NCBI GenBank assembly: GCA_001829495.1 | Contig: MIBJ01000068.1 | Span: 46,560-110,559 of the forward strand | Origin: Spirochaetes bacterium RBG_16_49_21 | GTDB taxonomy: Bacteria; Spirochaetota; UBA4802; UBA5550 | Reading direction: 5' to 3' | Length of the DNA stretch: 64,000 bases | Shown: positions 10,568 to 19,033 of the stretch, piece after piece | Layout: each line of letters starts with the position of its first letter | How positions within the stretch are numbered: the first letter of the stretch is position 1 | Notes under the pieces: model-generated | Databases searched by the model: none | What the model was told of the DNA's origin: nothing | What the model saw: the letters and a program-made list of their open reading frames with translations, nothing else | Translations under genes and position numbers: made by a program

Positions 10568-11239
10568 TCATTTGCTTTGGTTCCTGAGGCGCTCCATAAT
10601 CTCCTTCGCTCTTTTTACCGCTTCCTGTTCTTTTTCATCAGACGGCACGCACCATGGTTGGGTGACCTGCCATGTCAGCGAACCGGAGAGAGGGGGTTCC
10701 GGGTAAGCGCCGGCATCATGCACCGTGTAGCCCATGAATTCCACGGGATTCTCCTGGAAGCATGACCATACCGCCTTTCGCATGATTTCCGGGTCGCCCT
10801 GAAACTGGAGATCGATGAGCATCACCTGTTTTCTGAACCGCTCGATGAATTCCGCCGGAACATTGTACAGGAACGGATGAAGGGCGTCGGTGCCGATGAT
10901 CTTCTTCTTTTCGTCGACGCCATTTGCCATAAGGGCCTTTAGCGCTTGTCCGGTCTGATGGCCCTCGGATTCCGGTCCGCCAAGAATTAAATATCTGATA
11001 TTCGGATTGGCCACGACGTTGCAGATAATTTTTTCGAAGCCGATATTGGGCGTCTGCAGCGTGCCGGAGAGGGCAGCGCCGCTTTCCGCGCCAGCACGGA
11101 CCAGGCGCTCGATCTCAGGCGGGATTTTATCCGCATCGGTGTTGAGGATGATCGCAACCGCGACCGGGGAAAAATCGTTTCCCCGGATGTACCTCCCCTC
11201 TTCCGGGGGATAATCGGGATGCGGCTTTACTTTTAACAT
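10568..11239 (-). CDS. Stand-alone MtrA/MtxA-family corrinoid-binding protein (soluble, no C-terminal membrane anchor)
   Basis: YPPEEGRY..GNDFSPVAV, GTLQTPNIGFEKIICNVVANPNIRYLILGGPESEGHQTGQALKALMANGVD...IIG...FIERFRKQV matches the methanogen MtrA core, including the cobalt-ligating His (GHxTGQ). Confidence 0.85.
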   Translation of the reverse strand: MLKVKPHPDYPPEEGRYIRGNDFSPVAVAIILNTDADKIPPEIERLVRAGAESGAALSGTLQTPNIGFEKIICNVVANPNIRYLILGGPESEGHQTGQALKALMANGVDEKKKIIGTDALHPFLYNVPAEFIERFRKQVMLIDLQFQGDPEIMRKAVWSCFQENPVEFMGYTVHDAGAYPEPPLSGSLTWQVTQPWCVPSDEKEQEAVKRAKEIMERLRNQSK

Positions 11240-11241
11240 GG

Positions 11242-12285
11242 TTATGAAAAAAATCTCCTCCTGAAAAAAAGCGCCACGTTCACAAGCCCGATAAGCACCG
11301 GCACCTCCACCAGGGGCCCTATGACCGCGGCAAAGGCAACTCCGGAACCGATGCCGAAAACCGCGACCGCGACCGCGATGGCAAGCTCGAAGTTATTACT
11401 CGCGGCAGTGAACGATAGCGTCGCGGAAACGCAGTAGTCCGCGCCTATTTTTTTGCTCATGTAAAAGCTCAGCAAAAACATGACCACAAAATAGATGAGA
11501 AGCGGTATGGCGATCCGTACGACATCGAGCGGTATCTTTACAATGTACTCGCCCTTCAGGCTGAACATGACCAGGATCGTAAAGAGAAGCGCGATTAGGG
11601 TCATGGGGCTGATCTTCGGGACGAACCTCGTCTGGTACCATTCCTTGTTTTTAAGCTTGATAAGCGCGAAACGGGTTATTATGCCTGCAATAAACGGTAT
11701 GCCTAGGTAGATGAACACGCTTTCTGCTATCTGGCCGATCGTTACGTCCACCAGTACGCCCCTCAGGCCGAAAAGCGGAGGGAGCACGGTTATGAAAAAC
11801 CAGGCATACACGCTGAAAAAGAGCACCTGGAATATGCTGTTGAAGGCCACGAGCCCGGCCGCGTATTCAGCGTCACCGCAGGCCAGGTCGTTCCACACGA
11901 TTACCATGGCGATGCACCGCGCCAGGCCGATCATGATAAGGCCCACCATGTATTCCGGATATCCGGCGAGGAACAGGATCGCGAGGAAAAACATGAGCAC
12001 CGGGCCGATGACCCAGTTCTGAACAAGGGAGAGCCCGAGGACCTTCCAGTTTTTAAACACGTCGCCCAGCTCTTCGTATTTGACCTTGGCCAGGGGAGGA
12101 TACATCATGAGAATGAGGCCGATGGCAATGGGAATGTTGGTAGTGCCGACCTGAAACCGGTTCCAGAACCCTGCCACGCCCGGATAGAAATAGCCCATGC
12201 CCACGCCAATGGCCATAGCCAGGAATATCCAGAGGGTGAGAAACCGGTCGATAAAAGATAGCTTTTTACCTTTCGCTTCAGACAT
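11242..12285 (-). CDS. acr3: Arsenite efflux transporter Acr3
   Basis: [58 protein letters not shown]: diagnostic Acr3 motifs. Confidence 0.97.
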   Translation of the reverse strand: MSEAKGKKLSFIDRFLTLWIFLAMAIGVGMGYFYPGVAGFWNRFQVGTTNIPIAIGLILMMYPPLAKVKYEELGDVFKNWKVLGLSLVQNWVIGPVLMFFLAILFLAGYPEYMVGLIMIGLARCIAMVIVWNDLACGDAEYAAGLVAFNSIFQVLFFSVYAWFFITVLPPLFGLRGVLVDVTIGQIAESVFIYLGIPFIAGIITRFALIKLKNKEWYQTRFVPKISPMTLIALLFTILVMFSLKGEYIVKIPLDVVRIAIPLLIYFVVMFLLSFYMSKKIGADYCVSATLSFTAASNNFELAIAVAVAVFGIGSGVAFAAVIGPLVEVPVLIGLVNVALFFRRRFFS

Positions 12286-12345
12286 GACAGCCTCCTCAAA
12301 AGTAAAAATTTATGGCCTGACCAATATTGTGCCCTTCCTTAATCC

Positions 12346-13047
12346 TCACGGTAAAAAAACAAGATATAGTCCGCCCAGGATCACGAGCACACCGCAGGCT
12401 TTTTTGAGAATGACCGCGCCCCGCGATTTTTCGTTCCAGTTAAGATACCGTTGAACTACCTCGGTGAAGGTGCCCGCGAGCACTATGACCGAGCAATGCC
12501 CCGCCGCGTAAGCCAAGATGAGGGATATCGCGAAGACGACTTTCGTGTGCGCTACGCTGAACACAATGCCGAGCATGGGCGCCATGTAGGCGAAGGTGCA
12601 GGGCCCGAGAGCGATGCCGAAGACGAGGCCCAGAATGAGCGCAGCGAAAAGGCCCTTTTTCTTAAAATTCGGATTGGCGCTCCTTTCAAGAAAAGGCAGA
12701 GGAATGACGCCCAACAGGTGGAGCCCGACAATGAAAAATACTACAGCCACGATATAGTTGCCCCATCCGCCGATATCGCCCATCATGCGGCCCATGAGGC
12801 CGGTGATGAGGCCGATAATGCCGATGGTAACAAGAATTCCGACGGCGAACAGGAGCGCCAGAATAAAGGCCCGTTTCGTACTCATGCTTCCCTGCTCGTC
12901 GATGAACCCGATGATGAGGGGTATACTCGCCAGATGGCAGGGCGAGAGCAGGATGCCCGCGATCCCCCAGAGGAAGGAGCCTGCCAGGGCGATGCCCGGC
13001 GAGGACGAGAGCATGGCGCTCATTGCGTTGAAAAAATCGGCAAGCAT
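12346..13047 (-). CDS. ccdA: CcdA/DsbD-family transmembrane electron transporter
   Basis: Six TM segments with LSPCH and GPCT redox cysteines. Confidence 0.88.
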   Translation of the reverse strand: MLADFFNAMSAMLSSSPGIALAGSFLWGIAGILLSPCHLASIPLIIGFIDEQGSMSTKRAFILALLFAVGILVTIGIIGLITGLMGRMMGDIGGWGNYIVAVVFFIVGLHLLGVIPLPFLERSANPNFKKKGLFAALILGLVFGIALGPCTFAYMAPMLGIVFSVAHTKVVFAISLILAYAAGHCSVIVLAGTFTEVVQRYLNWNEKSRGAVILKKACGVLVILGGLYLVFLP

Positions 13048-13565
13048 CAGCGGACGCCTCCTTTTTCAAGCACCTGCTCCAACTCCTCAAAGGGGAAGTA
13101 TCCGAGGTGCCGAAAATACTCCTTCCCGTTCCGGTCAAGGAAGACCTGGGTGGGTATAGCCTGTATACCGTATTTCTGGCCGTAGGGCCTTCCTTCCGGG
13201 GTCCAGATATCGTAAAATATTACCTTGACCCGGCTTCCGTATTTTTGCTCGATTCGCCGCATCACCGGCTGCATCATTCTGCAGGGGATGCAGTTGACTG
13301 AGCCGATTTCGATAAACGTCACCATGACGCCCGGTGCGGCGCCTTTTGTGTCCCCGTGCCCGGTATTTTCATGTTTGGTCGAATTCTCGTCCACCGCCGC
13401 CGGGCCGGTCGGAGCCTTTTCCCCGCCGCAGCCGAAAACGCCGCCGAAAAAAGCGAGAGGAAGCGTCAATGCGCCGCTTTCGCAAGGGCAGTTTCGCGCC
13501 CTGCCCCAGATCATCGCTGCGGCAGCGATCACAGCGAGAATTATAAGCCTTTTAGCGAGCTTCAT
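13047..13565 (-). CDS. Exported or membrane-anchored thioredoxin-fold protein
   Basis: Start at MKLAKR (RBS GGAGGAG); hydrophobic N-terminus with CPC and FGC; CIPC active site and cis-Pro motif AIPTQVF. Confidence 0.85.
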   Translation of the reverse strand: MKLAKRLIILAVIAAAAMIWGRARNCPCESGALTLPLAFFGGVFGCGGEKAPTGPAAVDENSTKHENTGHGDTKGAAPGVMVTFIEIGSVNCIPCRMMQPVMRRIEQKYGSRVKVIFYDIWTPEGRPYGQKYGIQAIPTQVFLDRNGKEYFRHLGYFPFEELEQVLEKGGVR

Positions 13566-13582
13566 GCGCGTATCTCCTCCCC

Positions 13583-13794
13583 CTACACGACGCCGACACG
13601 TTTCAAGTTCTTCCGCGCGCATGCAATGGGACACCCGTCCAGGTGATGTTCACTTCCACTCCCGCAAGACAGGTCTTTTGCGCGAAGCCTTCCTTCCATA
13701 GTTTCCGCATCGCCCTATCTGCCAGTTCCCCCACGTCAGCCGCGCCTGAACATGAATACAAAAGTCTAACTCCTTCGTAACAGCAATCAGCCAT
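13583..13794 (-). pseudogene. DGC-domain (zinc-binding) protein, frameshifted and shortened
   Basis: MADCC...LLYSCSGAADVGELADRAMRKL...TCLAG; after a 1-nt shift near 13642 it continues DGCPIACARKNLKRVGVV*. The linker before DGC and the C-terminal third appear to be missing. Confidence 0.75.
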
Positions 13795-13822
13795 GATTCT
13801 TCCCCATAAAATAATTTTAGTT

Positions 13823-14923
13823 TTAATAAATCAGATTAAACACATATCCTACGATCATGATGCCGACGGCGACGACACTGACGAATATGAAAATTAAGGG
13901 CAATTTAAGTACTTTTTTCAATATAATCATCTCCGGCAGTGAGAGACCTATGACCGACATCATAAAGGCAAGGGTGGTTCCGAGCGAGGCCCCCTTTTCA
14001 AGAAGGGCCTGAACGACCGGAATGATGCCCGCCGCGTTAGAGTACATGGGCACGCCGATAATGACCGCCAGTGGAATTGACCACCACGCCGATTTGCCCA
14101 TGATGGACGCCATGAAATTCTCCGGCACATAGCCGTGAATGCCTGCGCCGACGCCGATCCCGATCACTATATAAATCCAGACCTTTGATACAATCTCAAT
14201 AACTGCGACATATCCGGCCTGAATCCTTTCGGTAAAAGTCGTTTTTCTTTCTTCTATTTCAAGTTTGCCCGCTTTTATTTCATGTACCCATTCTTCGACA
14301 AAGCGTTGGACTTTAAGCTTACCAATGATCCAGCCGGAGAAAATTGCGATAATAAGGCCGGTGGAGGCATATAAGAAGGCGGTTTGCCAGCCGAAAAGGC
14401 CGAAGAGGAGCACGAGAGCGACCTCATTAATCATAGGGGCGGCCACCAAAAAAGAGAAGGTGACGCCCAGGGGGATTCCGCTTTCCATGAAGCCCAGGAA
14501 TAGCGGTATCGCAGAACAGGTACAGAAGGGCGTTACGATCCCGAGCGTGCTCGCCATGATATTCCCGACGAGCAGGGGCTTTCCTTCGAGGGCCCTGCGT
14601 GTTTTTTCAGGTGAAAAATAAGAGCGGATGATCCCGACGATGAATACAATGAACGTCAGAAGAATAAGCACCTTGGGAACTTCAAACATAAAAAAGCGGA
14701 TCGCCTCGGTGAGATGGGAATTTTTATCCATACCCAGCATGGAATACATGATATAGTTGACGCCGCTTTCAAGAAAAATATAAAGAACGATCCCGATGGG
14801 AGCGAGCAGCAGCGGTAATACAGTCCTGATTTTAATATTTTTCCTCCCGGTTTGCGGGACCGCATTTAAGTCTATATTATTTTGAACATAATATTCATTC
14901 ATGAATAAATTCCCGGTGTTCAT
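13823..14923 (-). CDS. arsP: ArsP-family (DUF318) permease
   Basis: LGIVTPFCTCSAIPLF, LVAAPMINE, GVPMYSNAAG, GLSLPEMIIL; located in an ars cluster. Confidence 0.88.
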   Translation of the reverse strand: MNTGNLFMNEYYVQNNIDLNAVPQTGRKNIKIRTVLPLLLAPIGIVLYIFLESGVNYIMYSMLGMDKNSHLTEAIRFFMFEVPKVLILLTFIVFIVGIIRSYFSPEKTRRALEGKPLLVGNIMASTLGIVTPFCTCSAIPLFLGFMESGIPLGVTFSFLVAAPMINEVALVLLFGLFGWQTAFLYASTGLIIAIFSGWIIGKLKVQRFVEEWVHEIKAGKLEIEERKTTFTERIQAGYVAVIEIVSKVWIYIVIGIGVGAGIHGYVPENFMASIMGKSAWWSIPLAVIIGVPMYSNAAGIIPVVQALLEKGASLGTTLAFMMSVIGLSLPEMIILKKVLKLPLIFIFVSVVAVGIMIVGYVFNLIY

Positions 14924-14927
14924 TGTA

Positions 14928-15173
14928 TCAGGTCGGTTGCCCGACGCTGATCCATTTTTTTATTTCATCTTTGGCCGGAAGTTTCCCCGCAACCTTCACC
15001 ACGCCGTCAACTACAAGGGCTGGGGTTGCCATAACACCATAGTTCATGGTGGACTGTATGTCAGTGACGTGATTTATATGGGCTTCTATGCCCGTTTCAT
15101 GAACCGCCTCTCTGGTCAAGGCTTCCAGCTTGTGGCACTTGGCGCAACCGCTGCCTAATATCTCGAGTAACAT
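14928..15173 (-). CDS. Small redox-active disulfide protein (thioredoxin-like, MTH895 type)
   Basis: EILGSGCAKC...YGVMATPALVVDG; typical ArsP partner. Confidence 0.9.
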   Translation of the reverse strand: MLLEILGSGCAKCHKLEALTREAVHETGIEAHINHVTDIQSTMNYGVMATPALVVDGVVKVAGKLPAKDEIKKWISVGQPT

Positions 15174-15280
15174 AATTTGTTCTCCTTAAATTATTTTATT
15201 CATTATGCAATGAATCGCATTCCTTAATTAATATTAATTATCTTTTCTCCTCTCAATACGGGCACACTATTAGTTTTATA

Positions 15281-15304
15281 ATATTTGAAAAAATTGCCAA
15301 ATAT
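15281..15304. promoter_or_regulatory. Putative ArsR operator 2
   Basis: ATATTTG-N10-CAAATAT inverted repeat between arsR and the thioredoxin gene; shares ATTGCCAAATAT with the reverse complement of the site at 15676. Confidence 0.6.
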
Positions 15305-15317
15305 TACAAACAAATAA

Positions 15318-15677
15318 TCACCGTTTCGTTTTACAGGCCAAAAGTATCTCACCCTGCTGCCTCGCGTTTGACTCAATGACATCCTCCAAACAGCCGAAAA
15401 ATCCGAGGATACAGGGCGTCCGTAAATAATAAAAAATATTGTTCCCCGATCTCTTGTCGCCGATCAGGCCCGCGTTTTTCAGCACCGAAAGATGCTTCGA
15501 GACCGTTGATACGTCCGCTCCGATCATGTCGGTGAGATCGTTCACGCACCGCTCTCCCTTCTCGAGCTCTTCGATGATAAAGAGCCGCGAGGGATGGGCA
15601 ATGGCTTTTATGATCTTAGCCCGCGCCTCGTACTGCATCTTTTGCGTCGCCGTAAGCTGGCTTTTTAATATTTTCAT
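15318..15677 (-). CDS. arsR: ArsR/SmtB-family repressor
   Basis: KAIAHPSRLFI..ERCVNDL..STVSKHLSVLKNAGL HTH; C-terminal PCILGFFGC cysteine pair; start at 15677 follows a -35/-10 pair. Confidence 0.9.
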   Translation of the reverse strand: MKILKSQLTATQKMQYEARAKIIKAIAHPSRLFIIEELEKGERCVNDLTDMIGADVSTVSKHLSVLKNAGLIGDKRSGNNIFYYLRTPCILGFFGCLEDVIESNARQQGEILLACKTKR

Positions 15678-15713
15678 ATTTGGCAATATGGCAAAATATC
15701 CAAACATTGTCAA
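15676..15713 (-). promoter_or_regulatory. Leaderless arsR promoter overlapped by operator 1
   Basis: Minus strand TTGACA-17-CATATT-7nt-ATG; imperfect palindrome ATATTTGGCAATATGGCAAAATAT at 15676-15699. Confidence 0.65.
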
Positions 15714-15740
15714 GGCATTTTTCAGATTTTTTTAACAGCC

Positions 15741-15772
15741 CCGTAAGGGCGCATCATGATGCGCCCTTACGG
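15741..15772. repeat. REP-like perfect 32-bp palindrome, copy 1
   Basis: CCGTAAGGGCGCATCA|TGATGCGCCCTTACGG; a related copy lies at 16192. Confidence 0.75.
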
Positions 15773-15957
15773 CCACCGGGTATTTACGCACTGCAATAAA
15801 AAAAATTATTTTAAAAAAATTTTTTGACATCACGGTCTTATTATCGTTATCATTGACTTTTTCTATGGCAGATTCCCGAAATATTTAACGTCTCCCGATG
15901 ATCCGGATCAGTTGAATCGAAGGCGAAATACAACAAAAATACACAAAGGAGAAAATA

Positions 15958-16119
15958 ATGCAGAAATATCAATGCATGGTATGCGGCTATATCTATGATC
16001 CGTCCGCGGGGGACCCGGACAGCGGCGTCAAGCCGGGCACCAAATTCGAAGACATACCCGACGACTGGGTGTGCCCCTTATGCGGAGCGCCGAAGAGCGA
16101 TTTTGAGCCGGTCGATTGA
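15958..16119 (+). CDS. Rubredoxin
   Basis: Below the ORF-track size cut-off: [53 protein letters not shown]; RBS AAGGAG. Confidence 0.97.
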   Translation: MQKYQCMVCGYIYDPSAGDPDSGVKPGTKFEDIPDDWVCPLCGAPKSDFEPVD

Positions 16120-16191
16120 TCCGATTTGCAATTCCGGAGAGAAAAAATATATCTGAGTTATATATTAGACGTGTTGCAAAACTAAATCAGC

Positions 16192-16225
16192 ACAGCAGGG
16201 GCGCACCATGATGCGCCCCTGCTGT
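16192..16225. repeat. REP-like palindrome, copy 2
   Basis: ACAGCAGGGGCGCACCA|TGATGCGCCCCTGCTGT, with the same GGGCGCA.CATGATGCGCCC core as 15741. Confidence 0.7.
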
Positions 16226-16243
16226 AGATAAAGAGGAGGATGC

Positions 16244-16429
16244 ATGAAAGCAAAAGTTGACCCGGATACCTGCACAGGATGTGAATTGTGCACCCAAACA
16301 TGCCCTGAGGTCTTCAAAATGGAAGGGGATGTGGCGGTTGCGTATGTCAATCCGGTGCCCAAAGAGTATGAAGATCTGGCGAAACAGGCGGCTGATGAGT
16401 GCCCCGTCGAAGCTATTTCGATTGAATAG
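16244..16429 (+). CDS. Single-cluster ferredoxin
   Basis: CTGCELC...CP and distal ECPVEAI; RBS GAGGAGG. Confidence 0.93.
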   Translation: MKAKVDPDTCTGCELCTQTCPEVFKMEGDVAVAYVNPVPKEYEDLAKQAADECPVEAISIE

Positions 16430-16458
16430 CTCGAAAACCCCTGGAGCTATGCAGTAAC

Positions 16459-16486
16459 CCCCCAACCCCGCCGGCGGGGTTGGGGG
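16459..16486. terminator. GC-rich hairpin between convergent ferredoxin and bfr genes
   Basis: Perfect palindrome CCCCCAACCCCGCC|GGCGGGGTTGGGGG; no clear U tract. Confidence 0.5.
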
Positions 16487-16504
16487 CGGATTTGTCAGGC
16501 ACTC

Positions 16505-16969
16505 TTAAACCTTCGTCGACAGGAACATCTGCAGTCCCATCTGGCCAACCTGGTCCTGCATCTCTTCAATATCGTCGATATGGCCGTCTTCATCCTTGAG
16601 TATGGACTCCAGAATCTCCCGTGTCGCGAAATCCGCCACGTCCCCGCCAAGCTTTATGGCTTCATTATACGCCTTGATTGCGTCGCGCTCAGCCGTATGA
16701 TCGTTTGCAAGCTGCTTCGGCACGTCGGCTCCGATATTGATCTTCCTGAGTTCGTTGACAACGGGCACCCCTTCCAGAAAGAGGATACGGCCGATCAGCT
16801 TTTCCGCGTGCTTCATTTCGACGATTGCGCGTTTTTCAATATCCTCATGAAGCTTGTCATAGCCCCAGTTCGCGCACATCTCCGAGTGCACCATGTATTG
16901 ATTGATCGCGGTCAGCTCGTCTGCGAGAAGCGAATTAAGGGCTTGTATGAGTTTATCGTTACCTTTCAT
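16505..16969 (-). CDS. bfr: Bacterioferritin
   Basis: MKG..LNSLLADELTAINQY..H, EMKHAEKLIGRILFLEG (haem-ligand Met), ferroxidase DEDGH. Confidence 0.95.
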   Translation of the reverse strand: MKGNDKLIQALNSLLADELTAINQYMVHSEMCANWGYDKLHEDIEKRAIVEMKHAEKLIGRILFLEGVPVVNELRKINIGADVPKQLANDHTAERDAIKAYNEAIKLGGDVADFATREILESILKDEDGHIDDIEEMQDQVGQMGLQMFLSTKV

Positions 16970-17039
16970 TGAAAACCTCCATATGGCATAATAAATTTGT
17001 TGAATGACTAATTATAATAATATATCCGGAAGCCTGCCG

Positions 17040-17477
17040 TCACAACGCGACGTCGGCCATCCAGTATCCGTGTATGTTGCAATTTTCCACCACCGTGATC
17101 TTGCCGCTCACGTTTTTAAGGTGAAAGCAGCCGGCAGGGTTCACGCTCAAGGGCGTAAACATAACGCGGGATATATATTTGTCGTTCTGATAGCAATCGA
17201 CAAACATGATATAGTGCTTTTCTTCCATAGGATGCATGGTTTTTCCAATCCGGACCAGGATATCAACGCAGGGAGTTTCCGGAATAAGGCCGCACTGCTT
17301 GTTAACTATAATCAAAGGCACATGCTTTACCTCAGCCTCAGGGCTTTTTTCCCTCGATTCTTTAAAAATCGAATCTTTCTGAGCATATTTGTCTTTCGGA
17401 GAAAGACAAACGGGACACTTGTCCGGAATCGCATTGAACTCAAGGTGGCCGCATACCTGGCAGATGTAAATTTTCAT
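17040..17477 (-). CDS. Superoxide reductase (desulfoferrodoxin catalytic domain) with N-terminal rubredoxin-like domain
   Basis: CQVCG...CPVC at the N-terminus; KHVP, HPMEEKHYI and CNIHG SOR iron ligands. Confidence 0.88.
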   Translation of the reverse strand: MKIYICQVCGHLEFNAIPDKCPVCLSPKDKYAQKDSIFKESREKSPEAEVKHVPLIIVNKQCGLIPETPCVDILVRIGKTMHPMEEKHYIMFVDCYQNDKYISRVMFTPLSVNPAGCFHLKNVSGKITVVENCNIHGYWMADVAL

Positions 17478-17555
17478 GATGTTAACCTCCGATTCTAATT
17501 ATATCTTACATCAGGCTAAATGGTTACGTATAAAAATGTCAAGATTAATAATAGA

Positions 17556-18215
17556 TCAGTCATCTTCGTCGCATGAAAATGAACCGGCCCTGGCCTTTTC
17601 TATCGCCTCCCTCCCCTCCCGGTACGCGAACCAGGCTATACCCAAACCTCCCATGATATCGATATAGTTGATCCGCAGCAATTCATACATTACGCTTGAT
17701 GCAAGAAGAATTAGCGACAGATAAAAGCAGGTCTTGGTGCAGTAGGCGTCCGCTATAATAGGCTCTGATTGAAGCTTTCTGCCGACTTTCATTTTATACG
17801 AGTACAAGGCCCACATGGTCATGATCGATACAGCCGATATGATCGCCCCCGGAACCGTTGTCGAGGGACGCACTTGATATATAACGTCCAGGGCGGAGCC
17901 GACCACGAGCCCGGCAACGAGGATAAAAAAGCTTATGCCGGTGACGTATAAGGCCTGGCGTTCGAACCTGTCCCGCTCATTCACCGGGCTTCGCTTCATC
18001 CTCCATACCATGTGCAGTATCCCGATGCCTGAAAGGACTTCCACAAAACTGTCAACGCCGAATCCAAAGAGGGCTATGGTCTCATCCTGGTATCCAAAAA
18101 TGGTTGATACGATACCTTCAGCCGTGTTGTACACGATCGTGATTATACTCAGAATGAAGGCGATTTGAAGTAGTTTTGCCGTGTCCCTATCGCTTGCAAA
18201 AGGCTGGTTGTTCAT
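17556..18215 (-). CDS. Cation-efflux (CDF-like, TM domain only) metal transporter
   Basis: YNTAEG..ALFGFGVDSFVEV..IIADAYCTKTC..REGREA..C family signature. Confidence 0.75.
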   Translation of the reverse strand: MNNQPFASDRDTAKLLQIAFILSIITIVYNTAEGIVSTIFGYQDETIALFGFGVDSFVEVLSGIGILHMVWRMKRSPVNERDRFERQALYVTGISFFILVAGLVVGSALDVIYQVRPSTTVPGAIISAVSIMTMWALYSYKMKVGRKLQSEPIIADAYCTKTCFYLSLILLASSVMYELLRINYIDIMGGLGIAWFAYREGREAIEKARAGSFSCDEDD

Positions 18216-18244
18216 TATTTCCTCCTTGAAAGGGTACGTCAGGA

Positions 18245-18814
18245 TCACCCCGATGTATGTTCCACCACGATTTTTATGCCGATGGCGATGAGCATAACTC
18301 CACCGACGGCTTCAGCGCGTTTGCCCGCCAGGGAACCGACCCTGTTTCCGATGGCGATTCCGATTATTGAAAAGGACGCACAAACCACGCCGATAACAGC
18401 GCTGGGGAGAAGAATAGGCCGGTTCAGGATCCCGAGGGACAGGCCTACCGCCAGGGCGTCTATGCTGGTTGCCACGGCGAAGAGCAACAGCGACCATCCC
18501 CGCGTGGGATCATTCGGGCATGCATTTTGTTCATCTTTTTTGCGCGCACCTGCCTCCCGGATCATTTTGAGTCCGATGAAGACGAGAATGCCGAATGCGA
18601 TCCAATGATCATAAGACTCGATATAGCTCCCCAGGTAGATCCCGCCGAAGTAGCCGATGACGGGCATCATGAACTGAAACAGGCCGAAATGAAAAGCAAG
18701 GCGAAAGTAGTGCCGGAAGCCCGGATCGGGGATTATCATGCCGCATGAAATGCACACGGAAAAAGCGTCCATGGCCAGGGCTACGGCGATGATGAATATT
18801 GAGATCATATCCAT
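18245..18814 (-). CDS. mntP: Manganese efflux pump MntP
   Basis: ALAMDAFSV, FGLFQFMMP, DHWIAF, ATSIDALAVG. Confidence 0.92.
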   Translation of the reverse strand: MDMISIFIIAVALAMDAFSVCISCGMIIPDPGFRHYFRLAFHFGLFQFMMPVIGYFGGIYLGSYIESYDHWIAFGILVFIGLKMIREAGARKKDEQNACPNDPTRGWSLLLFAVATSIDALAVGLSLGILNRPILLPSAVIGVVCASFSIIGIAIGNRVGSLAGKRAEAVGGVMLIAIGIKIVVEHTSG

Positions 18815-18877
18815 AGGTCTAGTGTAGTTATAAACTCAGATATTGTCCATTAAAATAAAACGCGGGATTATGCAGCA

Positions 18878-18909
18878 GATTGCTTCGTCGCAGCGCTCCT
18901 CGCAATGAC
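18878..18909. repeat. Half of a GTCATTGCGAG-type intergenic palindromic element
   Basis: GATTGCTTCGTCGCAGCGCTCCTCGCAATGAC resembles a widespread miniature repeat family (recognised from memory). Confidence 0.55.
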
Positions 18910-19033
18910 AATTATTTTTACGGCTAATTAAAACACGAGAAAAAATATATATGGTGCCCGTGCGTATAAATCCTTGACAAAGTTATTCCAATATCTACGG
19001 GTATTTTAAATCTGAAGACACAGGAAATTCAAC

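Noticed and set aside
10568-11239. Evidence of methanogenesis or archaeal origin from MtrA
   Set aside because: No other mtr or mcr genes, no membrane anchor, and the surrounding genes are clearly bacterial.
13603-13605. Selenocysteine read-through of the DGC ORF TGA
   Set aside because: The TGA is in the shifted, non-homologous frame; a frameshift explains it.
15836-15858. Fur/PerR box upstream of rubredoxin
   Set aside because: TTATTATCGTTATCATT is Fur-like but too degenerate in an AT-rich spacer to call.
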